DNA of 64,000 nucleotides, from positions 3,782,001 through 3,846,000 of the forward strand of contig OZ024752.1 in NCBI GenBank assembly GCA_964016885.1, in the 5' to 3' direction. Shown in pieces: positions 28,341-44,690 of this stretch (position 1 is the stretch's first letter; the number at the start of each line of letters is the position of its first letter). A program made the position numbers and the translations under genes. The notes below the pieces were generated by a model. That model did not search any database and was not told the origin of the DNA. It saw only the letters and a list, made by a program, of their open reading frames with translations. This stretch comes from Eledone cirrhosa. Its lineage: Eukaryota.

Positions 28341-30137
28341 GAGAAGACGAGAGAGAAGACTAGAGTGGCGGACAAGACGAGAAAGAAGACTAGAGTGGCG
28401 GACAAGACGAGAAAGAAGACTAGAATGACGGACAAGACGAGAAAGAAGACTAGAGTGGCGGACAAGACGAGAAAGAAGACTAGAATGACGGACAAGACGA
28501 GAAAGAAGACTAGAGTGGCGGACAAGACGAGAAAGAAGACTAGAGTGGCGGACAAGACGAGAAAGAAGACTAGAGTGGCGGACAAGACGAGAAAGAAGAC
28601 TAGAGTGGCGGACAAGACGAGAAAGAAGACTAGAGTGGCGGACAAGACGAGAAAGAAGACTAGAGTGGCGGACAAGACGAGAAAGAAGACTAGAGTGGCG
28701 GACAAGACGAGAAAGAAGACTAGAATGACGGACAAGACGAGAAAGAAGACTAGAGTGGCGGACAAGACGAGAAAGAAGACTAGAATGACGGACAAGACGA
28801 GAAAGAAGACTAGAGTGGCGGACAAGACGAGAAAGAAGACTAGAATGACGGACAAGACGAGAAAGAAGACTAGATGGCGGACAAGACGAGAAAGAAGACT
28901 AGAATGACGGACAAGACGAGAAAGAAGACTAGAGTGGCGGACAAGACGAGAAAGAAGACTAGAATGACGGACAAGACGAGAAAGAAGACTAGAGTGGCGG
29001 ACAAGACGAGAAAGAAGACTAGAGTGGCGGACAAGACGAGAAAGAAGACTAGAGTGGCGGACAAGACGAGAAAGAAGACTAGAGTGGCGGACAAGACGAG
29101 AAAGAAGACTAGAGTGGCGGACAAGACGAGAAAGAAGACTAGAGTGGCGGACAAGACGAGAAAGAAGACTAGAATGACGGACAAGACGAGAAAGAAGACT
29201 AGAATGACGGACAAGACGAGAAAGAAGACTAGAATGACGGACAAGACGAGAAAGAAGACTAGAGTGGCGGACAAGACGAGAAAGAAGACTAGACTGACGG
29301 ACAAGACGAGAAAGAAGACTAGAGTGGCGGACAAGACGAGAAAGAAGACTAGAATGACGGACAAGACGAGAAAGAAGACTAGAATGACGGACAAGACGAG
29401 AAAGAAGACTAGAGTGGCGGACAAGACGAGAAAGAAGACTAGAATGACGGACAAGACGAGAAAGAAGACTAGAGTGGCGGACAAGACGAGAAAGAAGACT
29501 AGAATGACGGACAAGACGAGAAAGAAGACTAGAATGACGGACAAGACGAGAAAGAAGACTAGAATGACGGACAAGACGAGAAAGAAGACTAGAGTGGCGG
29601 ACAAGACGAGAAAGAAGACTAGAGTGGCGGACAAGACGAGAAAGAAGACTAGAGTGGCGGACAAGACGAGAAAGAAGACTAGAGTGGCGGACAAGACGAG
29701 AAAGAAGACTAGATGGCGGACAAGACGAGAAAGAAGACTAGAGTGGCGGAGAAGACGCGAAAGAAGACTAGAGTGGCGGACAAGACGAGAAAGAAGACTA
29801 GAATGACGGACAAGACGAGAAAGAAGACTAGAGTGGCGGACAAGACGAGAAAGAAGACTAGAGTGGCGGACAAGACGAGAAAGAAGACTAGAGTGGCGGA
29901 CAAGACGAGAAAGAAGACTAGAGTGGCGGACAAGACGAGAAAGAAGACTAGAGTGGCGGACAAGACGAGAAAGAAGACTAGAGTGGCGGACAAGACGAGA
30001 AAGAAGACTAGATGGCGTACAAGACGAGAAAGAAGACTAGAGTGGCGGACAAGACGAGAAAGAAGACTAGAATGACGGACAAGACGAGAAAGAAGACTAG
30101 ATGGCGGACAAGACGAGAAGGAACACTAGAATGATGG
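28341..30137. repeat. 30-bp minisatellite, about 60 units of GACAAGACGAGAAAGAAGACTAGA(GTGGCG|ATGACG)
   Basis: Counted directly. There are two main unit variants, four 29-bp units and one CTGAC unit. Confidence 0.97.
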
Positions 30138-30460
30138 AGGACAGCAACAACAGCAACAACAACATCAACAACATCAACAACAACGCTGACAACTACAATG
30201 GGAAGAAGAGGGAACAACTATCTTCTTGATGCTCTGTAAGTTAGTCGTTCATTTAACATGTCCGAGTTACGATACAAGATATTCTCTGACAATGGATATT
30301 AGCCATGAAATGTAATTGAATAAGATAACATTATGACTGACTTGTAAGAGAGTCTTGATGTCTGGACATCATTTACCATGAAACACTAATGTTAGGCCGC
30401 CACAAGTCGGAAGTTGCCATTGTTTCTACTTGAAGAAGTTTTCTTCAACTGCAAAATGCC

Positions 30461-30836
30461 TTTCTTCTTCTTCTTCTTCTTCTTCTTCTTCTTCTTCCTC
30501 GTCTTCGTCTTCTTCTTCGTCTTCTTCTTCTTCCTCTTCTATTTCTTCTTCGTCTTCTACTTCTTCTTTGTCTTCATCTTCTTCTTTTACTACTTCGTCT
30601 TCTTCGTCTTCTTCGTCTTCTACTTCATCTTCTTCTTTGTCTTCATCCTCTTTTACTACTTCGTCTTCTACTTCTACTTCTACTTCTTCTTCTACTTCTA
30701 CTTCTTCGTCTTCTTCTTCTTCCTCTTCTACTTCTTTGTCTTCATCTTCTTCTTTTACTACTTCTACTTCTTCTTCTACTTCTTCTACTTCTACTTCTTC
30801 TTCGTCTTTTCCTTCTTCCTCTTCTAGTTCTTCTTT
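30461..30836. repeat. Degenerate (CTT)n repeat
   Basis: Directly visible. Confidence 0.95.
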
Positions 30837-31176
30837 TTCTAATGGTTGCTTATCAAGTTCAAACGAGAAGTTAGTTACGATGGTAAAATACAGTTACAAT
30901 TATTTCGATGGTTAATAGCGGATAGATTTAATACATGTTCTAATATTTACATATTTACTTTAAATTATATATGTAATCAGTATTTTCCAATCTCTTTTGC
31001 GGTGCTTGAGATGTGATAAGTGTGAGATCTTGCTGCTATTTCTAGCACGTTGAATGCCTTTGCAACTCCTCACTCAATGGCGTGTTGAAATTACGATGCA
31101 GGATTAATATTTTGTATGGTGTTATCTATGAATCTATGACACATATTAATGTTCTGTGAACTAACGAACCATTTCT

Positions 31177-31397
31177 AGTCGATCGACTTTTAGTCAAATC
31201 GGACCGAGGAAACTATGTTTCCGTTGGTCTTTCCAATTGCTAATACTATCTATCGGTCGCAACTCCAGGTAGAAGGAGCAACGTGAAATAAAGTGCCTTG
31301 CTCAAAGACATAACGCATCGCCTGGTTCAGGAATCGAACTCACAACCTAACGATTGTGAAGCCAATACTCTAACCACTCAGCCACACGCCTTCACAT
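31177..31397 (-). mobile_element. tRNA-derived CORE-like SINE, family B, with 15-bp TSD
   Basis: Minus strand has A box TGGCTGAGTGG, B box GAGTTCGATTCC and a CORE-like tgtctttgagcaaggcactttatttcac. TSD taacgaaccatttct at 31162-31176 and 31398-31412. Confidence 0.85.
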
Positions 31398-31487
31398 TAA
31401 CGAACCATTTCTGATTAAATAGTTTTCAATCTTCATATATTGTTACATTTGGGAGGGAGTAATGTTGCTATATTTGTTTCTTCTTAT

Positions 31488-31680
31488 GGCCAGCATTACT
31501 GGTACTATATTTTATCGACCCCGTAAGGATGAAGGCAAAGCTAACCTCGGTGGGATTTGAACTCAGAACGTAAAGGGATGTCCCTTTACGTTCTGAGTTC
31601 AATCCCACCGTTCTGAGTTCAAATCTCTATGCTGCGAAGCATGATGTCTGACGCTCTATCGAGAATGTCAATCCACCGTC
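31488..31680 (-). mobile_element. SINE family A with internal fold-back
   Basis: Reverse complement of the family body containing hairpin 31548-31578 / 31581-31610 and a repeat at 31611-31624. Confidence 0.85.
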
Positions 31681-32022
31681 GAGTTTTTATAATATTGCCA
31701 GAAATATATAGTAAAACACATCCACTGTTTGGTTTTCGCTTCAGTATATTTTTATATTTCTATAATTCTGCTGCTAATCAATGTTTATCACTGATTGACC
31801 AATAATTAAAAATCAGATATTATTCGAAACACAAACTTTACATACTTATATATGTACAGCTATGTTGGGGCGAACACCTGAATTCTATTTCTAATCAGCC
31901 CATATAAATAAGCGTTAAAGCTATATGTTTGCACCTATTTGAGTTTCAGCAGCAATCGAAGCAAATGGGTTCATTATCTTGACAACGGCCAGATAAAGAA
32001 GACATAACTGTCGGTAACTTAC

Positions 32023-32065
32023 CCTTGTTTCTGCTGGAGCTCTGTAGGTGGCGACATGCCAACAC
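32023..32065 (-). other. Candidate 43-nt host exon
   Basis: ttttaag|GTGTTGGCATGTCGCCACCTACAGAGCTCCAGCAGAAACAAGG|gtaagt: AG acceptor, perfect donor and a GC-richer island. No other support. Confidence 0.22.
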
Positions 32066-32986
32066 CTTAAAACATTCATAGCTAAAGACTTTCAAATCTT
32101 TATTTGTAAACATATCGTATATTATTCGATATGCAAACTTCATATACTTATATATAGATATTTTAAATTATAAGTACGGAAAACTTTGAAATACCAACAG
32201 AAAGATTAAATACTGTGATTAGGAAATGTATATTGAACTAACAGTATGGAGCAGCAGAGAGAGGGCGAAAACATTTTAGTGAAACAAAATCGAACGTTTT
32301 TGATTATCTTAGCCTTCGTCAGATTGTTGGTTTGGTTTGTTATAATAAAATATATCAAATGTAAATGTCAAGGTTTGATTCCTTGCACCATTTATATGGC
32401 GTCATCCGGATGTGAAGCAAATCTGCTTCTGTATAGGAGACTAGTTTCAAATGATATTCTATGATTATCGGTTACTTGTTCAAGAGAATTAAGTTTGCTG
32501 AAGTATGCAGAAATACCAATAATATATATATACAACAAAATATATGGATCATTTTCTAAAACATGGTCAATAAACTAGTCATTTATGTAGTATACCCTTG
32601 GTATTTTATTTTACTTTTACATAAAATGTTGATGGCATTCTGGTGTTTATCTAAGGCAGCCGTGATGGTACACTCACACAAACACACATATACCAAAATC
32701 TACACACACACACCCACGCACGTGTGTATGTGTGTGTATGCATAAATACACATATGCACATATATGTCTGTGTATGTGGAGTTTCACATGTGCGCTCAGA
32801 GGATCATCTCATAAGACCCAGCTCTACGTCTCCTCCATCTTTCTATTTCTTCATTGTGTGTCGTTTGCTTTGTTCTTTATGTTTGCATTTTGCACACACA
32901 CACGCACGCACGCACACACACACACACACACACATATACATACATACATACATACATACACATACATACATACATACATACATACA

Positions 32987-33030
32987 TGATGGCTGCCCCC
33001 TCGTTATCGAGTATGGCCATTGCACGAGGA
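32987..33030 (-). mobile_element. RTE-type 3' terminal fragment
   Basis: Minus strand atggccatactcgataacgagggggcagccatc resembles the 3' ends at 55107-55138 and 60230-60262, followed by an (ATGT)n tail. Confidence 0.55.
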
Positions 33031-33099
33031 GAAAGAAAAAAAAAAAAATAATAATAATAATAAATAAATAAAGATAAAATAAAAATAAAAAAAAAGAAA

Positions 33100-33760
<661 letters not shown>

Positions 33761-34446
33761 TGTAACCATCGCTTAAAATCTACATTTTCATATTATAAAT
33801 ACTACCAGGATTGAACGCCTGTCTCTATCCCCGTTTGATTGTCAAAATAGATATGAACATTCTTTATTAGTCTTAATTCTATCAACTCTATTATTTACCT
33901 TTTAATACAAACTGCTATAGATAGAATGAGATTTCTGATTTCTTGATTCAATTCCCTAATGCATATACCAGCTGACTACTAGCATTGATGTTATTTAATA
34001 GCAATCAAAATCTCCCCCTTCCCCAATTGACACCTTATAATTAATACTACTGCACCAAATGACCAGCCATGTCCACTGTCCAGTTGGTCAAGTAGAGATT
34101 AAAATTGGCACGCCCAAAATTCTTATTTAGATTTACTCATGCTATTCTCATTAGAAACCCATTATATACTTGTTTAGCAGTAAATTAATTTACCATCTGT
34201 CATGTACTATCCCCTCTGTTTCTTCCTCTATTACTAATATAAATACTTCAATTTTTCTGATTTTATCCAATTTATCCAAAATCTCTGAAGAAGTGACAAC
34301 TGATTATACATTTGCTATCGAATACTTGCTAAATTATATCATTACGCAAGCAGCGATACATAGGTATTCAGTCTGTTACAGAAACATATGTCAATACCTA
34401 ATAAATTCCTTTTTTAAAAAAAGCACTTTTATTTTATATTCATCCT

Positions 34447-34524
<78 letters not shown>

Positions 34525-34824
34525 TAAGTTTTCTGAAATTTGTAAACGTGATCTCGGGGGAAGAAAGTTTTATGCACTTATTGAGGGATTTTTTAAGGTG
34601 CTTCTAAGGGACCCCAAGTCTTTTAGTTTACTGTTAATGCGTAAATTATATATTATCTAATTTTTAACCTTCAATCCCTGACCCCGACAACTAATATAAA
34701 AGAGCCCCCTTAGAATATAGACCCCAACTATACAAGCCGAGCTGCTGATGTATACCACAATTTCAAACTGCTAGCCTTGAGTGATACGTTGATGTAGATA
34801 ATGATCTTACAGTCACATGTTGAA

Positions 34825-34871
34825 TGCCTTGAAAAGTCCCACCATGTGGTTGGACGAAACGGCTGTCGGCA
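34825..34871 (+). ncRNA. Type-I hammerhead motif, U3-A8 core variant
   Basis: tgcc-TTGAAAA-gtcc c acca tg tggt t ggac-GAAA-c ggct g-TC-ggca, then AATAAA at 34871. GUC cleavage triplet. Confidence 0.65.
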
Positions 34872-34976
34872 ATAAACTTGTTATAATGTCATAATTGTTC
34901 CTTTGTTCTTTTTCACAAATATATATATATACATATACATATATATATATATACATATATATATACATATACATAG

Positions 34977-35007
<31 letters not shown>

Positions 35008-35067
35008 CATATACATATATACATATACATATACATATATATACATATACATATATATATATATATC

Positions 35068-35131
35068 AAGGGCGCTGCCCCAGCATGGCCTCAGCCGGAT
35101 GGCTGAAACAGGTAAAAGAGTAAAAGAGTAT
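35068..35131 (+). mobile_element. SINE/LINE 3' tail fragment within (TA)n
   Basis: ccccagcatggcctcagccggatggctgaaacaggtaaaagagtaaaagag: a stem-loop plus a short tandem tail. Confidence 0.5.
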
Positions 35132-35133
35132 AC

Positions 35134-35174
<41 letters not shown>

Positions 35175-35655
35175 CATATATATATAAATAAAAATAAAAA
35201 ATAAAAAATACATATATTATATATATATATTTATATTATATATATATGTATTATTTTTATTTTTATTTGTATTTAAACTCTTAATAGGTGTTAGTTTGGG
35301 TTTGTATAGATGGATATGTGTATTGATATATATATGTATATGTATATGTGTATATATGTATATGTATGTTTATTGGGCCTTTTAATATTATTATTATTAT
35401 CATTATCAATTATATTATATTATATTATATTATATTATATTATATTATATTTAGCACCGTAATTCTCCCTTTATATCACCACTTGTTTAGCTTTAGTTTT
35501 CGCATTGTACTATATTTGTAATATGGTTCAAAATGTTATTCAGTTCCTTAGCAATTTTTACTTGATAATTTTCCTATGCTTTAATGTATGTATACTCCAT
35601 ATTCTTCTGAGTTTTTGGCTTGTATTGGCCGATAGTGCTTCTTATAGCTTTACTT

Positions 35656-35693
35656 GCCCTGATGAGTCCTTAATAGGACGAAACATTGTTGGC
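35656..35693 (+). ncRNA. Minimal type-I hammerhead ribozyme, canonical core
   Basis: gcc-CTGATGA-gtcct taat aggac-GAAA-c att g-TT-ggc, with AATAAA at 35695. Confidence 0.75.
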
Positions 35694-35739
35694 TAATAAA
35701 GACTTTTGATGTATTGAAGGCTTCTTTGGTTTATTTCTT

Positions 35740-35778
35740 AATATATATACATATATATATATATATATGTATATGTAT

Positions 35779-35831
<53 letters not shown>

Positions 35832-35886
35832 CATATGTATATGTATATATATATATGTATATGTATATATATATGTATATGTATAT

Positions 35887-35952
<66 letters not shown>

Positions 35953-36029
35953 GTATATATACATATATATATGTATATATACATATATGTATATGTATAT
36001 GTATATGTATATATATACATATATATATG

Positions 36030-36104
<75 letters not shown>

Positions 36105-36221
36105 GTATATATATGTATATGTATATATATATATGTATATATATGTATATGTATATATATATACATATATATATATATGTATATATATATATGTATATAT
36201 ATATACATATATATATATATG

Positions 36222-36287
<66 letters not shown>

Positions 36288-36300
36288 CATTTATATATAT
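35740..36300. repeat. (TA)n array
   Basis: Directly visible. Confidence 0.96.
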
Positions 36301-36555
36301 AGAGACATTTTTTTCAATTGCAGCCCGCCCATCCCTTTCGTCTATCTTATTTCTCATTATTTCTTCTGATGAAGGACTGAATCCGCCACATAATAATCGT
36401 ACATTCAACACTCTTACGACTAGGCCTAGTGCCTACACGAATTAAAATGTAATGCACATGTTTACAAAGCCCCAGCGGAATTCGAACAGACAGCCTTACA
36501 ATAGTGAACCAAACATCTTACCCACTAAGCTGCGCCTTTCTATGGTAACGAAATG

Positions 36556-36767
36556 ATTGTTTCTACTATAGGCATAACGCCAGCAAATTTGGGGCGATGG
36601 GAAGTCGATCAAATTGAACCCCAGAGAGTTACTTGTGCTTTATTTTATCGACCTCGCAAACATGAAAGGCAAAGCTAACCTCGACAGGATTTGAGCTCAG
36701 AACGTAAAGGACCATAACATTATGATATAAAGCTTAATGTCTGACGCTGTACCGGTAGTGCCAGATT
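36556..36767 (-). mobile_element. SINE family A, diverged; a 5' remnant of family B lies at about 36470-36538
   Basis: Reverse complement of the family body and tail. Confidence 0.8.
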
Positions 36768-37233
36768 AATTATGCAAGCATAGAAGAAAGTTTCTGAAAG
36801 CGGCATAACAATTTATGAATGTTCAGACAAATTAGTTTATTTTTTCTATCATTTTTAACAAACACTAATCAGAAGCATTCAAAATTTAATGCTAACATTG
36901 AACAAGATAAAACAATGTTACGATGTTTGCAGAAACATTCAGTCTCGTAGGGAGATAAGATGATTGGGCCGTTTGAATCTGACAATACAATTCCGCCACT
37001 TTACAATCCTATTACAATTCTGATGTCTCTTAGTGTCTAACGGGAATTGTTTCTTTAACATACAAGCTAATGATCGATATCAAATACCACGATTAATAAA
37101 ATAATGAAATTATGTATTCAGGTAGGATGTTTTTTAACTGATAAGCTTGGCATATTTATGGCCTATTGGATATGTATATGGAACTTTCTGATAATACGTA
37201 TATTAAAATTTGATACTTCATCTATTCTTTCTT

Positions 37234-37796
<563 letters not shown>

Positions 37797-37803
<7 letters not shown>

Positions 37804-38020
37804 ATAATAATAAATTTGAAAACCAAAATCCAAAGAGGGCTCGATAAGTATAAATATATATCAAATATATAAGAACCGTAGAGCAAATATTTATTAAAAT
37901 AACAGATTAAAGTTTAAGCAAATAATCGCTGCTTTCACACTTAACGGGATCCTCTGAAACTCCCGTTAAGGGTGAAAGCAGCGATTCTTTGCTTAAACTT
38001 TAATCTGTTATTTTAATAAA

Positions 38021-38023
<3 letters not shown>
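37797..38023. mobile_element. pLTR-like repeat (family E) with 63-bp fold-back
   Basis: Arms at 37887-37949 and 37961-38023 (2 mismatches). 37797-37961 is also the inverse of 41781-41944, and the same 22-mer occurs at 17409-17430. Confidence 0.7.
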
Positions 38024-40550
<2,527 letters not shown>

Positions 40551-40865
40551 ATTGTTATACATTGGGAGGGTCATGTTGCCAATAAGAAACACGCGCACCA
40601 GTTGCTTTCACTTCAATTTATTATATATTTATAAATTTATAAATTTACAAATCTACAAACTTATAAATTTCTGGTTGGTTGGTTGGTTCCACAACCAGAT
40701 AGTTGTTTATATATAGTCATAGTCCTTTAGTCACACACTCTGTGACCTCTTCAGTTACTGGGGATTCCTTTCTTTGTTTCTGTGCCTTTCCTTTCTTCTG
40801 TCCTACGCCATTTTGTTTCTGTGTGTGTGTTGTGTGCTCAGTTTGCGCATGCGCCACATCCGGGT

Positions 40866-41690
40866 AAAAACGAATAATACGTCATTAATAGGAGCGGTGA
40901 AAAACAATTACGCGCAAAGACAAAACCACGTTTATGGTATAAAAGAGGTCGTAGGCTAATGTTCTCTTAGGTGGTGCATAGAGACGTTCTCTGGCAATGA
41001 ACGAAAAAACGAAGATAATAAGTCATATGTGGGTTTGGCTATGTGTATACGGGAGAGTTGCGTCCACGTGAGTGTGCAGGTTCGTACGTATGGTGGGTGT
41101 GTGTATATGTGTACTTCTTGTTTAAGTTGACTTACGTCTACGAACATTCGTGTATTTATATGTAGGTATGCGTGTGCGCTTGTTATATACGTATTTATTT
41201 ACTTATATACGTTTATATAATTATTTATTTATTTGTACACAAGCATACACACACACACATGTTTATATGTGCGTGGTTTTGTATACCTATGGTAAGGTTT
41301 TGCGTATGCTTGTGTATGTACGTATCTATTTGTGTGTATGTATTTATTTGTTTCTATTACTTCTGTATTGTATTTATTTACTTTGTTCTTAACTCTGTAG
41401 CGGAGATTCATTTGGTCTCCTAGTTAGAATTTTAGTCTACGATTTCTGCTATACCATTTACGTGGTTTTGTCTTTGCGTGCTATTGTTCTCCCCGCCCCA
41501 CATATGACTTATTATCTTCGTTTTTTCCGTTCATTGCCAGGGAACGTCTCTATGCACCACCTAAGAGGACATTAGTCTACGACTTCTTTTATACCAAAAA
41601 CGTGGTTCTGTCTTTGCGTGTAATTGTTTTTCACCGCTCTAAATAATCACGTATTATATTCGTTTTTTCCCGTTCTTTGCCAGGGAACGT
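40866..41690. mobile_element. Foldback/MITE-like element with about 168-bp inverted arms
   Basis: 40866-41033 is the inverse of 41497-41667. The right side consists of about 1.8 copies of a ~141-bp unit (41433-41573, 41574-41690). Confidence 0.65.
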
Positions 41691-41780
41691 TACCACGAAC
41701 CAAAGTATCGTCTTCCTCTCTTCCTCCGGTTGCAACGTTTTTTGAAATATCCAGTTCTGCGTTTACAGATTGACTTTGTT

Positions 41781-41944
41781 AGTTTCAGAAGATCCCGTTA
41801 AGGGTGAAAGCAGCGATTCTTTGCTTAAACTTTAATCTGTTATTTTAATAAATATTTGCTCTATTGTTCTTATATATTTGATATATATTTTCCTGATTGA
41901 GCCCTCTTTGGATTTTAGTCTTCAATTTTATTATTATTACTATA
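41781..41944 (+). mobile_element. pLTR-like repeat family E copy
   Basis: Inverse of 37797-37961. It has a decayed hammerhead-like cagaaga-tccc gttaa gggt-gaaa and an AATAAA. Confidence 0.65.
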
Positions 41945-41950
41945 TGTATA

Positions 41951-42013
<63 letters not shown>

Positions 42014-42042
42014 GTATATATGTATATATGTATATATGTATA

Positions 42043-42077
<35 letters not shown>

Positions 42078-42303
42078 ACATATATATACATATATATATA
42101 CATATATATACATATATATACATATATATATACATATATATACATATATATATATATATACATATATATACATATAAATATATATATACATATATATACA
42201 TATATACATATATATACATATATATATATATACATATATATATACATATATATACATATATATACATATATATATACACATATATATATACATATATATA
42301 CAC

Positions 42304-42336
<33 letters not shown>

Positions 42337-42359
42337 CATATATATATATACATATATAC

Positions 42360-42390
<31 letters not shown>

Positions 42391-42546
42391 CATATATATA
42401 TATACATATATATATACATATATACATATATATATACATACATATAGATACACATATATATATATACACATATATATATATACACATATATATACACATA
42501 TATATATATACACATATATATATATATATATGTATGTATATATATA

Positions 42547-42579
<33 letters not shown>

Positions 42580-42589
42580 ATGTATACAT

Positions 42590-42640
<51 letters not shown>

Positions 42641-42665
42641 CATATATAAATGTATATATATACAT

Positions 42666-42698
<33 letters not shown>

Positions 42699-42753
42699 TA
42701 TATATATACATACATATATATACATATATATATACATATATATATATATATAC

Positions 42754-42800
<47 letters not shown>

Positions 42801-42827
42801 CATACATATATATATACACATATATAT

Positions 42828-42890
<63 letters not shown>

Positions 42891-43093
42891 TATACATATA
42901 TATATATACATAAATATAAGTATGTATACGTACATATATGTATACAGACGTACAGTAGTATGTATATATATATATATACATACATGCACACATATATATA
43001 TGTACGTATGGATTCGCCGAACATTTATTATAATGCTCGGTGTGTTTGTAAACAAACATCCCGTATTAACCCGTAGTGTCTATATATATATAA

Positions 43094-43157
<64 letters not shown>

Positions 43158-43176
43158 GTGTATATATATATGTATG

Positions 43177-43223
<47 letters not shown>

Positions 43224-43278
43224 GTATATATATATATATGTATATATATATGTATATATATGTATGTATATATATATG

Positions 43279-43313
<35 letters not shown>

Positions 43314-43338
43314 ATGTATATATATACATTTATATATG

Positions 43339-43389
<51 letters not shown>

Positions 43390-43512
43390 ATGTATATATA
43401 TATATTTATATATGTATATATATATATGTATATATGTATATATATATATATGTATATATGTATATGTATATATGTATGTATATGTATATATGTATGTATA
43501 TATATATATGTA

Positions 43513-43559
<47 letters not shown>

Positions 43560-43620
43560 GTATATATGTATATGTATATATATGTATATGTATATATGTA
43601 TATATTTATATGTATATATG

Positions 43621-43691
<71 letters not shown>

Positions 43692-43868
43692 GTATATATG
43701 TATATATATATATGTATATATATATATGTATATATATATATGTATATATGTATATATATGTATATATATATATGTATATATGTATATATATGTATATATG
43801 TATATATATATATATATATAAACGGAAAAATTGAAATGAAATTTCAATTCCCACTCTTAGTACATACT

Positions 43869-43907
<39 letters not shown>

Positions 43908-43990
43908 GTATATATATGTATGTATATGCATGTATATATATGTATATATATACATATACATACACATACATATATATCATATATATATAT
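41945..43990. repeat. (TA)n arrays containing family D fragments at 42912-43081 and 43819-43863
   Basis: Directly visible; the fragments match 21775-21948 and 21719-21763. Confidence 0.93.
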
Positions 43991-44129
43991 ACACACACAT
44001 AAATATACATATAGATAGACATATGGGTATGTGTATGAGTGCATGTCACTGTGTGCATTTGTGTGTGTGCTTTTGTGTGAGCAAGTGTAGACATAAAGAG
44101 AAATGAGACAGGCGGATATAAAGAAAGAG

Positions 44130-44690
44130 TGAACGATAGATAGAGGTTTTTAACGTATGAGTTCGCCTTCCAATTGTCTGCATAATATATTAGAATCGGA
44201 AGTCTATTTTCCAAATAAGTAACAAGATGAGTAAGTTGTATATTTAAAGATTCTCCCTTTATTTTAGATCTAATCTCATCAGTGAAATAGTTTTTCATGT
44301 GTGGGCTCCTGTAGTATCTAGGTGTTCTGGCGTTTACTTATATATTTGCACTTTTTTTTTTACTCTTATTTTTCGGTTTTATTCCAATAACAGTGTCCAA
44401 CTATCCATTTAATCTCAGGACATACACAAACTGTTAACATTAGTGATCTTATTCTCTACATGACTGCATTTACTTTCAATACAATTAATCAAGTTAATGC
44501 ACGAAGATTTGGCACTTTCGGGCGAAACCAATTTGAAATGGAGAAACAAATCTTTATCATGAGACTTCCTATATAAGTCGGAGTAATTGTTACATTTGTC
44601 CGACACTTTCAACTGGAAAATGAGCTAGGAAAGAATTCCCTATTCAACTGAGTGTTCGATGTCAAATTGAATGTATGCATCTGTGCTAAA
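44130..44690 (-). pseudogene. Highly decayed Penelope-like RT (thumb region)
   Basis: Minus strand IQFDIEHSVE*...SDLYRKSHDKDLFLHFKLVSPESAKSSCINLINCIESKCS resembles PLE IKFT.E.E...YRKPT....YLHF.S.HP...K...I..L..R....CS. Confidence 0.5.

Noticed and set aside
28341-30137. CRISPR-like array
   Set aside because: Units are contiguous with no unique spacers, there are no cas genes, and the context is eukaryotic.
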